Source: Bacteroidales bacterium (GTDB taxonomy: Bacteria > Bacteroidota > Bacteroidia > Bacteroidales > VadinHA17). Taken from it: DNA of 64,000 bases. The position numbers and the translations under genes are program-made. The stretch is from positions 160,424-224,423 of the forward strand of contig DATKTA010000006.1 in assembly GCA_035531395.1 (NCBI GenBank), read 5' to 3'. This document shows positions 41,193-50,096 of this stretch, piece after piece. Numbering within the stretch: position 1 is the stretch's first letter; each line of letters begins with the position of its first letter. Below the pieces are notes generated by a model. That model searched no databases, was not told the DNA's origin, and saw only the letters and a program-made list of their open reading frames with translations.

Positions 41193-43856
41193 TTAATTCT
41201 TTATTACAATATTGACAATCCTGTTAGGAACAACAATTATATTGGATGGAGTTTTTTCTCCAAGCCATTTTTTTGACCTTTCATCAGACAGTACTGCACT
41301 AATTATTTCATCTTTTGTTAAGGAAACAGGAAGTAAAATGCTGAATCTCATTTTCCCGTTGAAGGATACAGGGTATTCGAAGTTGTCTTCTTTAAGGTAT
41401 TCCTCATTATATGATGGCCAGGGTTCATATGCCAGCGTCTTTTCATTTCCAAGCAGCTGCCATAACTCTTCAGCTACATGGGGAGCAAAAGGTGAGAGCA
41501 CTTTTGTAAAAGTAGCTGCTGTTTCATCAGACACCTTTCCCTTTTTTATGACTAGGTTAAGAAATATCATCATTGCTGATATGGCCGTATTGAAACGCAG
41601 ATTCTCAATGTCTCCTCCTGCCTTCTTTATAAGATGATGTAATCCTTTGAGCACCTCCAGGTCTTCATCTCCGGCGAAAATATTTTCAGGATTTGAGAAG
41701 AATCTGAAAGCCCTGCCGAGGAAATTGAAAACGCCTTTTACCCCTTTATCGTCCCATGGTTTTGTCACATCCAGGGGACCCATAAACATCTCGTATAACC
41801 TTAGTGAGTCGGCTCCGTATTTTGACGTAACATCATCAGGATTCACGACATTTTTCAGCGATTTTGACATCTTGGCAACGATCTGTCTTAGTTCCGGACC
41901 ATCCTCTCCATGGAAAAACCTGCCATCACGTTCAACAATCTGGTCTGCCGGGATTTTCATTCCGGTCTCCGTTTCATAGGCAAATGCCAGGATCATTCCC
42001 TGGTTGAACAGCTTCATGTAGGGTTCATCAGTTGATACTATACCAAGGTCATATAATACTTTATGCCAGAAGCGGCTGTAAAGAAGGTGAAGTACTGCAT
42101 GTTCTGCACCACCGATATAGAGGTCAACCGGCATCCAGTATTTTTCCTTGTCCGGATCAAAGATGAGCTTATCATTGTTGGGATCTATAAAGCGGAGATA
42201 ATACCAGCATGAACCTGCCCACTGAGGCATAGTATTGGTTTCCCTTCTCCCTTTCCGGCCTTTGCTGTCAGTTACATTCAGCCATTCGTCTGAATTGGCC
42301 AGAGGAGATTCTCCTGATTCTCCGGGGAGATATTTTTCAAGTCCAGGAAGCTCAAGGGGGAGTTCGGATTCAGCCAATAGAGTTATTTCACCATCTTCCC
42401 AGTGAATAACAGGGAAAGGCTCACCCCAGTACCTCTGACGACTGAAAAGCCAGTCACGAAGCTTGTAATTAACCTTGGCTTTTCCCAGGTTACCCGCTTC
42501 AAGCCATTTTGTAATTTTATGAATCCCTGTTTCCTTGTTCAGTCCATTGATGTCAATCCCTGTTGATTCATTAGCAGAATTGATGTATTTTCCATCCTCT
42601 GTCCAGCACTCCTCTCCTTCAAGGATTCTTTTTTTCTGATCAGGATCTGATACATCGGGGTCCTGTATGCAGACGATGGGGAGACTGAATTTTTTCGCAA
42701 ATTCAAAATCGCGGGTATCATGTGCCGGAACAGCCATTATGGCTCCGGTACCATAGCCTGTAAGAACATAATCTGCTACCCAGACAGGGATGAGTTTATT
42801 ATTTACAGGATTTACTGCAAATCTTCCGGTGAATACCCCGGTTTTATCTTTTGCAAGGTCAGTACGGTCCAGGTCTGATTTAAGCGAAGAGGCCTTTATA
42901 TATTTATTGACTTCATCCCTGCAGGAACTGGTTGTAATAAGCTCAGTAAGCTGGTGCTCAGGAGCTATTACCATATATGTTGCACCAAACAGAGTATCAG
43001 GCCGGGTTGTAAAAACAGTAAGTTTTTCATCTAATCCCTCAATTCTGAAATCTACTTCAGCACCTGTTGATCTTCCAATCCAGTTACGCTGCATATCCTT
43101 GATTCCCTCAGGCCAGTCCAATTTGTCAATACCTGTCAGAAGCCTTTCAGCATAATGCTGTATGCGAAGCATCCACTGCTTCAGGTTTTTCTTCTCTACC
43201 CTGTTACCACATTTTTCATGTGATCCGTCAGTAAGTACCTCCTCGTTTGAGCATACAATTCGGCAACTGGGGCACCACCAGACCTGTGCATTAGCATAAT
43301 ATGCAAGACGCCGGGAATCTGTAAATTTAACAATCTCATCCTGACCGAGTTGCATGATATTTTCAGGAACATGTAATTCTGAGATTGGTCTTCCTTTCTG
43401 TAGAGTGTTATCGAACCAGGTATTATAAAGCTGAATAAAAATCCATTGTGTCCATCTGAAATATTTGGGATCAGTGGTGTTGATTTCCCTGTCCCAGTCA
43501 TAGCTCAACCCAAGCTCTTTTATCTGTCTTCTGAATGTATCGCAGTTGTTTTTAGTTGTTATGGAAGGGTGTGTTCCGGTCTGGATTGCATATTGTTCAG
43601 CAGGGAGGCCGAATGCATCCCATCCCATGGGGTGAAGGACGTTGAATCCTTTCATTCTCTTGTATCTGCTGTAGATATCGGTAGCAGTATAGCCTTCGGG
43701 ATGTCCTACGTGCAATCCGGCACCGGAAGGATATGGGAACATATCGAGGATATAGCATTTATTCGGGTTGGTAAGGTCATCGGGGGTTTTGAAGGTTTTA
43801 TTGTCCTCCCAGTATTTTTGCCATTTCTTTTCGATATCGTGAAAATTATAATCCAT
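41193..43856 (-). CDS. leuS: leucyl-tRNA synthetase
   Basis: 887 aa. HIGH-type motif HVGHPEGY and KMSKS motif [10 protein letters not shown]. Confidence 0.95.
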   Translation of the reverse strand: MDYNFHDIEKKWQKYWEDNKTFKTPDDLTNPNKCYILDMFPYPSGAGLHVGHPEGYTATDIYSRYKRMKGFNVLHPMGWDAFGLPAEQYAIQTGTHPSITTKNNCDTFRRQIKELGLSYDWDREINTTDPKYFRWTQWIFIQLYNTWFDNTLQKGRPISELHVPENIMQLGQDEIVKFTDSRRLAYYANAQVWWCPSCRIVCSNEEVLTDGSHEKCGNRVEKKNLKQWMLRIQHYAERLLTGIDKLDWPEGIKDMQRNWIGRSTGAEVDFRIEGLDEKLTVFTTRPDTLFGATYMVIAPEHQLTELITTSSCRDEVNKYIKASSLKSDLDRTDLAKDKTGVFTGRFAVNPVNNKLIPVWVADYVLTGYGTGAIMAVPAHDTRDFEFAKKFSLPIVCIQDPDVSDPDQKKRILEGEECWTEDGKYINSANESTGIDINGLNKETGIHKITKWLEAGNLGKAKVNYKLRDWLFSRQRYWGEPFPVIHWEDGEITLLAESELPLELPGLEKYLPGESGESPLANSDEWLNVTDSKGRKGRRETNTMPQWAGSCWYYLRFIDPNNDKLIFDPDKEKYWMPVDLYIGGAEHAVLHLLYSRFWHKVLYDLGIVSTDEPYMKLFNQGMILAFAYETETGMKIPADQIVERDGRFFHGEDGPELRQIVAKMSKSLKNVVNPDDVTSKYGADSLRLYEMFMGPLDVTKPWDDKGVKGVFNFLGRAFRFFSNPENIFAGDEDLEVLKGLHHLIKKAGGDIENLRFNTAISAMMIFLNLVIKKGKVSDETAATFTKVLSPFAPHVAEELWQLLGNEKTLAYEPWPSYNEEYLKEDNFEYPVSFNGKMRFSILLPVSLTKDEIISAVLSDERSKKWLGEKTPSNIIVVPNRIVNIVIKN

Positions 43857-43933
43857 TGGTTATTTAAATGATAGGTAGGTGTATAAAAATAATAGTTTGC
43901 GAAAATAGAAAATATTTATCAGAAAACCTTTTT

Positions 43934-44045
43934 AAACACAGAGGACACAGAGTCCATATAGCTACCAGAAGCACAAAGTCGCAGATATAGCCGGATCAGA
44001 TTAACTATGTGACCTCAGTGATTTTCACAGTGCTCTATGTATTTA
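43934..44045. repeat. imperfect palindromic intergenic element built from CACAGAG-type words
   Basis: Left arm aaacacagaggacacagag. The right arm cacagtgctctatgtattt reverse-complements to aaatacatagagcactgtg. Confidence 0.55.
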
Positions 44046-44086
44046 AATTGATAATATTAGATATTCATAAGAGAAAGCATGAGTAA

Positions 44087-44118
44087 TTTGCTAAAATGGT
44101 CTTTTGGTTATACTTTTG
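44087..44118 (+). promoter_or_regulatory. Bacteroidota-type sigma-A promoter for tRNA-Arg
   Basis: TTTG (44087-44090), 20-nt spacer, TACTTTTG (44111-44118; matches TAnnTTTG). The box ends 11 nt upstream of the mature tRNA 5' end. Confidence 0.5.
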
Positions 44119-44129
44119 CAGGGAATAAT

Positions 44130-44202
44130 GGTCCCGTAGTTCAATGGATAGAATGACAGATTCCGGTTCTGTTGGTTGGGCGTTCGAGTCGCCCCGGGAT
44201 CA
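44130..44202 (+). tRNA. tRNA-Arg (anticodon CCG)
   Basis: 73-nt cloverleaf folded by hand: acceptor GGTCCCG/CGGGATC, D arm GTTC/GAAT, anticodon stem ACAGA/TCTGT with loop TTCCGGT, T arm GGGCG-TTCGAGT-CGCCC, discriminator A. CCA is not encoded. Confidence 0.9.
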
Positions 44203-44209
44203 CAAAAAA

Positions 44210-44228
44210 GGCGCCTCAGCGCCTTTTT
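44210..44228 (+). terminator. intrinsic terminator after the tRNA
   Basis: ggcgc-ctca-gcgcc followed by ttttt. Confidence 0.6.
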
Positions 44229-44230
44229 AA

Positions 44231-44258
44231 GTAAAAAGTAAAAAGTAAAAAGTAAGAG
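44231..44258. repeat. heptamer tandem repeat (GTAAAAA)x3 plus GTAAGAG
   Basis: Read directly from the sequence. Confidence 0.8.
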
Positions 44259-44360
44259 TTCTGGATGAAAAAGCGACGAGAACGCGAAGGAAGTTGGGCG
44301 CTCTGAAGCCATGACCACAAGTGTCAGGGTGCAGGGTGCTGACTGCAAGCTTCAGCATTA

Positions 44361-44384
44361 GAGTCGCCCCGGATCACAAAAAAA
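44361..44384 (+). repeat. truncated second copy of the tRNA-Arg 3' end plus flank
   Basis: gagtcgccccggatcacaaaaaaa matches 44186-44209 (gagtcgccccgggatcacaaaaaa) apart from one missing G. Confidence 0.8.
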
Positions 44385-44610
44385 CCAAAAGTTTCGAGTA
44401 ATTTTAAACTTTCTTTCCCAATGGATTCCAGGTCTATACAATCCTTAAGATCCTGTTTATTACTTTAGGCCCATAAAGTAAATTGCACTTTAACACACTA
44501 AACACTAAATCTATAGCCAGGCAGGGAAAAGAGGACTTACTCCATCGATGCTTTTAAAATCGGACAGATTAGACCAAATTATATTATCTTTCTTTTTCAA
44601 AATAGTCTAA

Positions 44611-46557
44611 ATGCGTGTCCTGTCCTTATTGGTTTTCATACTGTTTGTGATGACTTCCATTTATTCACAAGGAGGCTTTCTAGTAGAAAGTAGCGACACA
44701 ACAAAAGGAGATCGCCGGAATTCAATTATTATCAATTACAGGATGGTACCGGAACTGGCAAAATTTGAAAACAGGTATAATATTCTTACGAATGTGAATG
44801 AGAATGAATGGGCTGTTATAATCAACTATTCCTTACAGAACCTGCTGAAATCTGCAAATTATGCTGACTCTTCCATCCTGCAAGGATTCAGTTTTCTAAA
44901 GAATAACTGGACAGGAAGCGATATTTCAAATACCGAAATACATCTTGATCCAAAAGATATTTACTATGGTGCCTGGAGGAATCAGCTTATCAGAGTATCA
45001 TCCGAAGCTGAAATAAAGCAAACAATGATCGATGGTACACGGCAAATGATTAGTCTTGGCTATTCAGACCTGGGCAGGGATTTTCTTCCCTTCATTACAC
45101 GATTGATGGAAGAGAACCACCTGATCAATTACGATCATTCCAGATTGTACCCGGGTAAATCTTCAAGAGGAATAGTGCCGTCGGTTAAAATTCTTAATGC
45201 TCTTGCCGCCCAGGACACCAGGATCAAAGCAGGCGTCTGCCGCGATATTCACGAAACGGGCAGGGAGTTGTTGAAAACGCTGTGTGAGACATGGTATAGC
45301 CATTTTCATCCTGAAAAGAAAATAGATTTTGATGATTATATTTTTCTTCAGAGCTGGACAACCAATAAATCACAGCATATTACCATCTCACTGATAGATC
45401 CGCTTAATCCCCTTGATATTTATGAACTCGACTGGGGCAGGGTGATTGAAAGAATGAATATACCAGGATATAACAGCGGCCGGATGTACGGAAACAATTA
45501 CAGGATCTGGCAATATGACAGTAAAAAACAGATAACCGGGCCCGTTGATTTCAAACGGACACAATTCGGAAAGATACTTGATGAAGATATTCTTACCCGT
45601 GAAGAATACACACAATTCAATGGTATTTATGATGAAGAGTTTTATTCAGATATCAGATATCACTTCAACCGGGGTAGATCAGGCAAAATGAATTTTTCCC
45701 TTGGCTCATATCATCCTTACCAGAAATATTTCCTTTCAAGCTGGTATTTAAATACAGGAAGAAAAAGAATTACCGGATTTCTTGATCATTCAGGTAAGAT
45801 TGCCCTGCAGGCGGCTATACATGAAGATACGAGGAAGAAAATATTCCTCTATCCCCAGATTGACTGGAAGACGGCGGTAAGCCTGATGACCATTCCGAGG
45901 TATATTTCCAGATTTGAAACACCTGATTATTCATTTGGTAACTTTACCATTGGGGCATATCTGAATCAACAGGTCGATATTTTCCTTATAGTAAATTCAT
46001 TCATATCAAGCGACACCATCGATAGGTCTACCCGTAATAGCTTTTCGGCGTCGGGTGATGGAAATCTTACGTTCAGCAATGGATTCAATATAGAGTACAG
46101 AAGCGAAAACAGATTTTTATATTCTTCGGCAGGTGTTCAAGCCAGAAGCTGCCTGCTGACAAATGACATAAGATTATTTTCTTCCAATCCTGCAGTGTTT
46201 ATATCGAATCTGAAGATAATAACCCCGGCAATTGATTTGATTGGAAATATCAAGTTTTCATTTAAAAGGAACACAACCTTATCGCTCGATGCGTTGTTTG
46301 AGTTTACAAACATGGATGCAGTTTTATTATCCGGCTCTGTTACAGGGAAAATCGGGATATCGGAAGTAATGGATCTCGGAATTTCTTTTGGAGCTAACGA
46401 CCAGTTGAAAGGCATAAAATATTTCTGGTATCCTGTTCAGCGAAAATGGGTGGATATCAGGCTGTATTATAAAGTCAACAGTTTTTCCTTTGGCCTTTTG
46501 AAAATGCCAATGAGCATGACCACTTTTAATATTTCATTCATAAGGGAGATATACTGA
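44611..46557 (+). CDS. hypothetical secreted protein; possible transglutaminase-like Cys-peptidase core plus a beta-rich C-terminal half
   Basis: 648 aa. Signal peptide MRVLSLLVFILFVMTSIYSQ. KAGVCRDIHETGRELL ... SQHITISLIDP ... YELDWG. The C-terminal 300 aa show alternating hydrophobic patterns and end in an aromatic residue (IREIY). Confidence 0.5.
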   Translation: MRVLSLLVFILFVMTSIYSQGGFLVESSDTTKGDRRNSIIINYRMVPELAKFENRYNILTNVNENEWAVIINYSLQNLLKSANYADSSILQGFSFLKNNWTGSDISNTEIHLDPKDIYYGAWRNQLIRVSSEAEIKQTMIDGTRQMISLGYSDLGRDFLPFITRLMEENHLINYDHSRLYPGKSSRGIVPSVKILNALAAQDTRIKAGVCRDIHETGRELLKTLCETWYSHFHPEKKIDFDDYIFLQSWTTNKSQHITISLIDPLNPLDIYELDWGRVIERMNIPGYNSGRMYGNNYRIWQYDSKKQITGPVDFKRTQFGKILDEDILTREEYTQFNGIYDEEFYSDIRYHFNRGRSGKMNFSLGSYHPYQKYFLSSWYLNTGRKRITGFLDHSGKIALQAAIHEDTRKKIFLYPQIDWKTAVSLMTIPRYISRFETPDYSFGNFTIGAYLNQQVDIFLIVNSFISSDTIDRSTRNSFSASGDGNLTFSNGFNIEYRSENRFLYSSAGVQARSCLLTNDIRLFSSNPAVFISNLKIITPAIDLIGNIKFSFKRNTTLSLDALFEFTNMDAVLLSGSVTGKIGISEVMDLGISFGANDQLKGIKYFWYPVQRKWVDIRLYYKVNSFSFGLLKMPMSMTTFNISFIREIY

Positions 46558-46709
46558 TAATCAAAATTTCAGGAGCAAATTAGCTCTCAGCAATTAAGAT
46601 ACTGGCCGCAGTGCCGGGAAGAAAAAACTTTAGAATCGCTCCGGAATCAAAATTTAAATTGCGTTTTGAACCCTCTTTAAGTATAAAGTTGAAATAAAAA
46701 GTACTACTC

Positions 46710-48035
46710 TTATTTAAAATAAAGGCTAAGATATTTCTGTCTGATCTCAGGTATTAGTTCTTCACCTTCAAGCTTGAAATCATCAGGATCCTCAGGAGTG
46801 ATGATATAGAGCTGAGTTCCGGGTTTAAGGCCTTTTTCAACTATGACATTCTTTTCATTAAATCTGCCAAGTACAACGACCTGTTTTTTCTTGTTTTTTG
46901 TATAAACGAATGGTATGGAATCAGTTCCGGCATGAACGCATTCTGCAGGAATTGATATGACATCATTGAAAGTAGCAATGATAATTTTATTGCTTGTTGT
47001 CATTGAGGGCCTCAGTGCAGGATCAGATCTGTCAACCCTGATGAGTACCTCAAACATTTTTGCATCGGAGTTGGGGAGTTGTTCGCCGATATTTGCTATG
47101 CTGGTTACTTTTCCGGAGAATGACTTTTTAGGGAAAGCATCTACAGAGATCTGGGCTACCTGGTTTTCTTTAACACGGCTGATTTCAATTTCATTGATGT
47201 AAACATGCGACAACATTGAGGAGAGATCAGGTAATGTTGCTATTACAAGGTCCCATGGATTTATATTGGAACCAGCTTTACGTTTAGTCCCATTCCTGTC
47301 CTTTTTATATATCACCATCCCGTTTGATGGTGCTCTGACTGTAAATTGTGCAAGGTAATCAACAAGGTCCTGCTCAGTTGTTTCTGCCATTGACACATGA
47401 AGTTTCTGATGTTCAATATCAGCTACAGCCTGGGCCACTCTTAGCTTATATGCCTTTTTAAGCTGTTCGAGAGTCCTTCTCTGTTTATCGAGATCAATTT
47501 CGGCTTTGCGTATTGTAGCAGGAGGTTCGAATTTTGATTGTTCCAGTGTTATTGCAGCCTCTTCAACAGCAAAAGCTTGATTCTTAAACCCATCTCTCAG
47601 ATTTGTAAGAACAACAGCTGAATCGAGCAGCTTCATGCCAAGTGTTTCCTGTTCCTTCTGAAAGCTTTCACGTGCATCCTTCAGGCTATTATCATATTGT
47701 GTCCGGTCGATCTGTGCGACATAATCACCTGTGTTAACATAGGTCCCCTCAGGAATAATGTCCTGTATCTTGAGGTCCATAGCGCGCATGTTACTATGAC
47801 CACGACCTCTATTATTTCTTCTGCCCTGTGCCATTTGCGGCCCCAGTATATCTACCGATTTCTCGGCAACCAGCTCACCTGAATTTGAAACTGAGATTTC
47901 AAAATCATCGCTTTTTGCTTCAGCATATATAACCACCTTACCTCTGTTTGAGGCAAGTTTGTTAAAAGCAATAAGTGCAATTACTGTAAGTACTATTCCG
48001 GTTGTTATTAATACTCTCTTTAATGTCTTGGTCAT
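46710..48035 (-). CDS. HlyD-family periplasmic adaptor (membrane fusion protein)
   Basis: N-terminal TM anchor, long coiled-coil hairpin (QKEQETLGMKLL...LDKQRRTLEQLKKAYKLRVAQ), lipoyl and beta-barrel segments. Confidence 0.75.
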   Translation of the reverse strand: MTKTLKRVLITTGIVLTVIALIAFNKLASNRGKVVIYAEAKSDDFEISVSNSGELVAEKSVDILGPQMAQGRRNNRGRGHSNMRAMDLKIQDIIPEGTYVNTGDYVAQIDRTQYDNSLKDARESFQKEQETLGMKLLDSAVVLTNLRDGFKNQAFAVEEAAITLEQSKFEPPATIRKAEIDLDKQRRTLEQLKKAYKLRVAQAVADIEHQKLHVSMAETTEQDLVDYLAQFTVRAPSNGMVIYKKDRNGTKRKAGSNINPWDLVIATLPDLSSMLSHVYINEIEISRVKENQVAQISVDAFPKKSFSGKVTSIANIGEQLPNSDAKMFEVLIRVDRSDPALRPSMTTSNKIIIATFNDVISIPAECVHAGTDSIPFVYTKNKKKQVVVLGRFNEKNVIVEKGLKPGTQLYIITPEDPDDFKLEGEELIPEIRQKYLSLYFK

Positions 48036-48056
48036 AGCTCTGAATATCTTATTATA

Positions 48057-48641
48057 TTAGTTTCTTAAAATTTCAATCATCTCTGTTATAGCTTCAGCAT
48101 CGATAGTATCCTTTACAGGAGAGAGTCCAAGCATTGGTCTGACACTGTTAAGATCATCGCCAGTAATGTAATCCTTCCCTATTTTTATATAATATAGCAA
48201 AGCTGATTTCAGGGTGTTCGATTTAATCCTGAATGAGTAGCGGCTTCCCCGGGCAGGAAAGATATGTACAAATCTTGTAATGCTATTATGGTACTTCAAT
48301 ATCCATTCTGAGGTGTCTGACAGCATAATTATCCTGTACTCATTCATATTCATACCTGTCCATGTGGAGTAAACAATCCTGTCTGCTAATTTTTTTTCAG
48401 AAAGAAAATTCAGCACCTCCCTGCATATTTTATTTATAGAAAGAGTACCTGAATAGACGTCCATAACTGATGTTCCGATATGTTTCAGTTCCCTCATAAG
48501 TCCCAAATCAGAAGCAATGGATTCAGCTTCAGTCCTGGTTTTAACATAATCCCGGATAAATCCCAGGTGATGTTTGATAGGATTAAACAGGATTGGCTCA
48601 GGTATCTGATAATCAGGAATCATATTGCAAAGATAACTCAA
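48057..48641 (-). CDS. hypothetical protein, probably co-transcribed with the HlyD-like gene
   Basis: 194-aa ORF with a 21-nt gap to the next gene. No motif recognised. The start may be the Met at 48623. Confidence 0.45.
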   Translation of the reverse strand: MSYLCNMIPDYQIPEPILFNPIKHHLGFIRDYVKTRTEAESIASDLGLMRELKHIGTSVMDVYSGTLSINKICREVLNFLSEKKLADRIVYSTWTGMNMNEYRIIMLSDTSEWILKYHNSITRFVHIFPARGSRYSFRIKSNTLKSALLYYIKIGKDYITGDDLNSVRPMLGLSPVKDTIDAEAITEMIEILRN

Positions 48642-48737
48642 ACTGGAATTAATGAGGCAAGATTCTTAATTAAGAAATGTTAAAATATCCGGAATCAATT
48701 ATCTTTAAATCGAAATGGATAATTAAATCTGAAAAAA

Positions 48738-49994
48738 ATGTCATCATCATCAAAACAGAATTTTCTCAAGACAATAAATCATCAGCAGCCTGACAGAGTT
48801 GTTGTAGATTTCGGTTCTACGGCTGTAACAGGGATTCATGCGCTTATCGTTGAGAAACTCCGCAAATATTATGGACTTGAAAAACGACCGGTTAAAGTAA
48901 TAGAACCTTATCAGATGCTCGGTGAACTGGATACTGAGCTTCTAAAAGCAATGGATATCGATGTAATAGGATTGTTCGGACTTAATAATATGTTCGGTAT
49001 TCCCAATGAGAACTGGAAAGTTCATAAAACACCCTGGGGCCAGGAAGTTATGTTTCCGGGTAATTTTAACTATGATTATAATGATAATGGTGATATACTG
49101 ATATATGCAGAAGGCGATACCTCTTTTCCTCCAACTGCTATGATGCCAAAGACCGGATATTTTTTCGATGCTCTTAACAGGCAGAAACCTGTTGATGATT
49201 CTACCCTTAAGGTTGAAGATAACCTTGAAGAATTCGGATATGTAACTGAAAGTGATCTTCAGTACTGGAAGGACCAGGTCAATGCTGCAGACTATCAAAA
49301 CAAGGCTGTTGTCGCTTCCCTTGGAGGTACTGCTCTTGGTGATATTGCACTTGTTCCGGCAATGCAGCTTAAAGATCCTAAAGGAATAAGGGGGGTTGAA
49401 GAGTGGTATATTTCAACCGTGATGAGGGAAGATTTTATCAGGGAACTATATGACAGGCAGACTGATATTGCTATTGAGAATCTAAAGCGTTACCATGAGG
49501 TTATTGGCAATAAGCTTGACGTTGTATTTACATGCGGGACTGATTTTGGAACTCAGAATTCTACATTCTGTTCAGCTGAAACATACGACAGGCTTTGGTT
49601 ACCATATTACAGGAAAGTGAACGACTGGATTCACTCAAATACAAACTGGAAGACATTTAAACATTCATGCGGAGCAGTTGAGTCGTTGATGAATAATTTT
49701 ATTGAGTCAGGATTTGATATAATTAATCCGGTACAGATCAATGCTTCAGGGATGGATCCCAACATTCTCAAAAAGAAATATGGAGACAAACTTGTTTTCT
49801 GGGGAGGTGGAGTTGATACCCAGGGTGCTTTTGCTTTCGGAACGCCGGAACAGGTTAAGGAACAGGTGAAGAGGCAGTGTGAAATACTTAACAATAACGG
49901 AGGATTTGTCTTCAATACTGTCCATAATATCCAGGCAAATGTTCCTTTTGCCAATGTGGTAGCTATGCTTGAAGCGCTTAGGGAGCTGAGGTAA
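48738..49994 (+). CDS. uroporphyrinogen-decarboxylase-fold (URO-D / MT2-like) protein, putative methyltransferase
   Basis: 418 aa. N-terminal LKTINHQQPDRVVVDFG, FKHSCGAV (HxCG), IINPVQ, C-terminal FVFNTVHNIQANVP. Family call made by eye. Confidence 0.65.
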   Translation: MSSSSKQNFLKTINHQQPDRVVVDFGSTAVTGIHALIVEKLRKYYGLEKRPVKVIEPYQMLGELDTELLKAMDIDVIGLFGLNNMFGIPNENWKVHKTPWGQEVMFPGNFNYDYNDNGDILIYAEGDTSFPPTAMMPKTGYFFDALNRQKPVDDSTLKVEDNLEEFGYVTESDLQYWKDQVNAADYQNKAVVASLGGTALGDIALVPAMQLKDPKGIRGVEEWYISTVMREDFIRELYDRQTDIAIENLKRYHEVIGNKLDVVFTCGTDFGTQNSTFCSAETYDRLWLPYYRKVNDWIHSNTNWKTFKHSCGAVESLMNNFIESGFDIINPVQINASGMDPNILKKKYGDKLVFWGGGVDTQGAFAFGTPEQVKEQVKRQCEILNNNGGFVFNTVHNIQANVPFANVVAMLEALRELR

Positions 49995-50033
49995 GAATGG
50001 GAGAGGATGAGCCTGGGTGACTGGTCGGATATT

Positions 50034-50049
50034 CCCCCTTTGAAGGGGG
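50034..50049. repeat. C-run/TG/G-run hairpin (cccccttTGaaggggg) between convergent genes
   Basis: Perfect 7-bp arms followed by tagggggatgt. Related copies lie at 57956-57969 and 63285-63300. Confidence 0.7.
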
Positions 50050-50096
50050 TTAGGGGGATGTATATAATATACTATAAAACTAAATTCAAGTTACGC

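Noticed and set aside
44091-44348. 85-aa minus-strand ORF
   Set aside because: It lies antisense across the tRNA-Arg gene, its terminator and the repeat insert. It is a spurious ORF.
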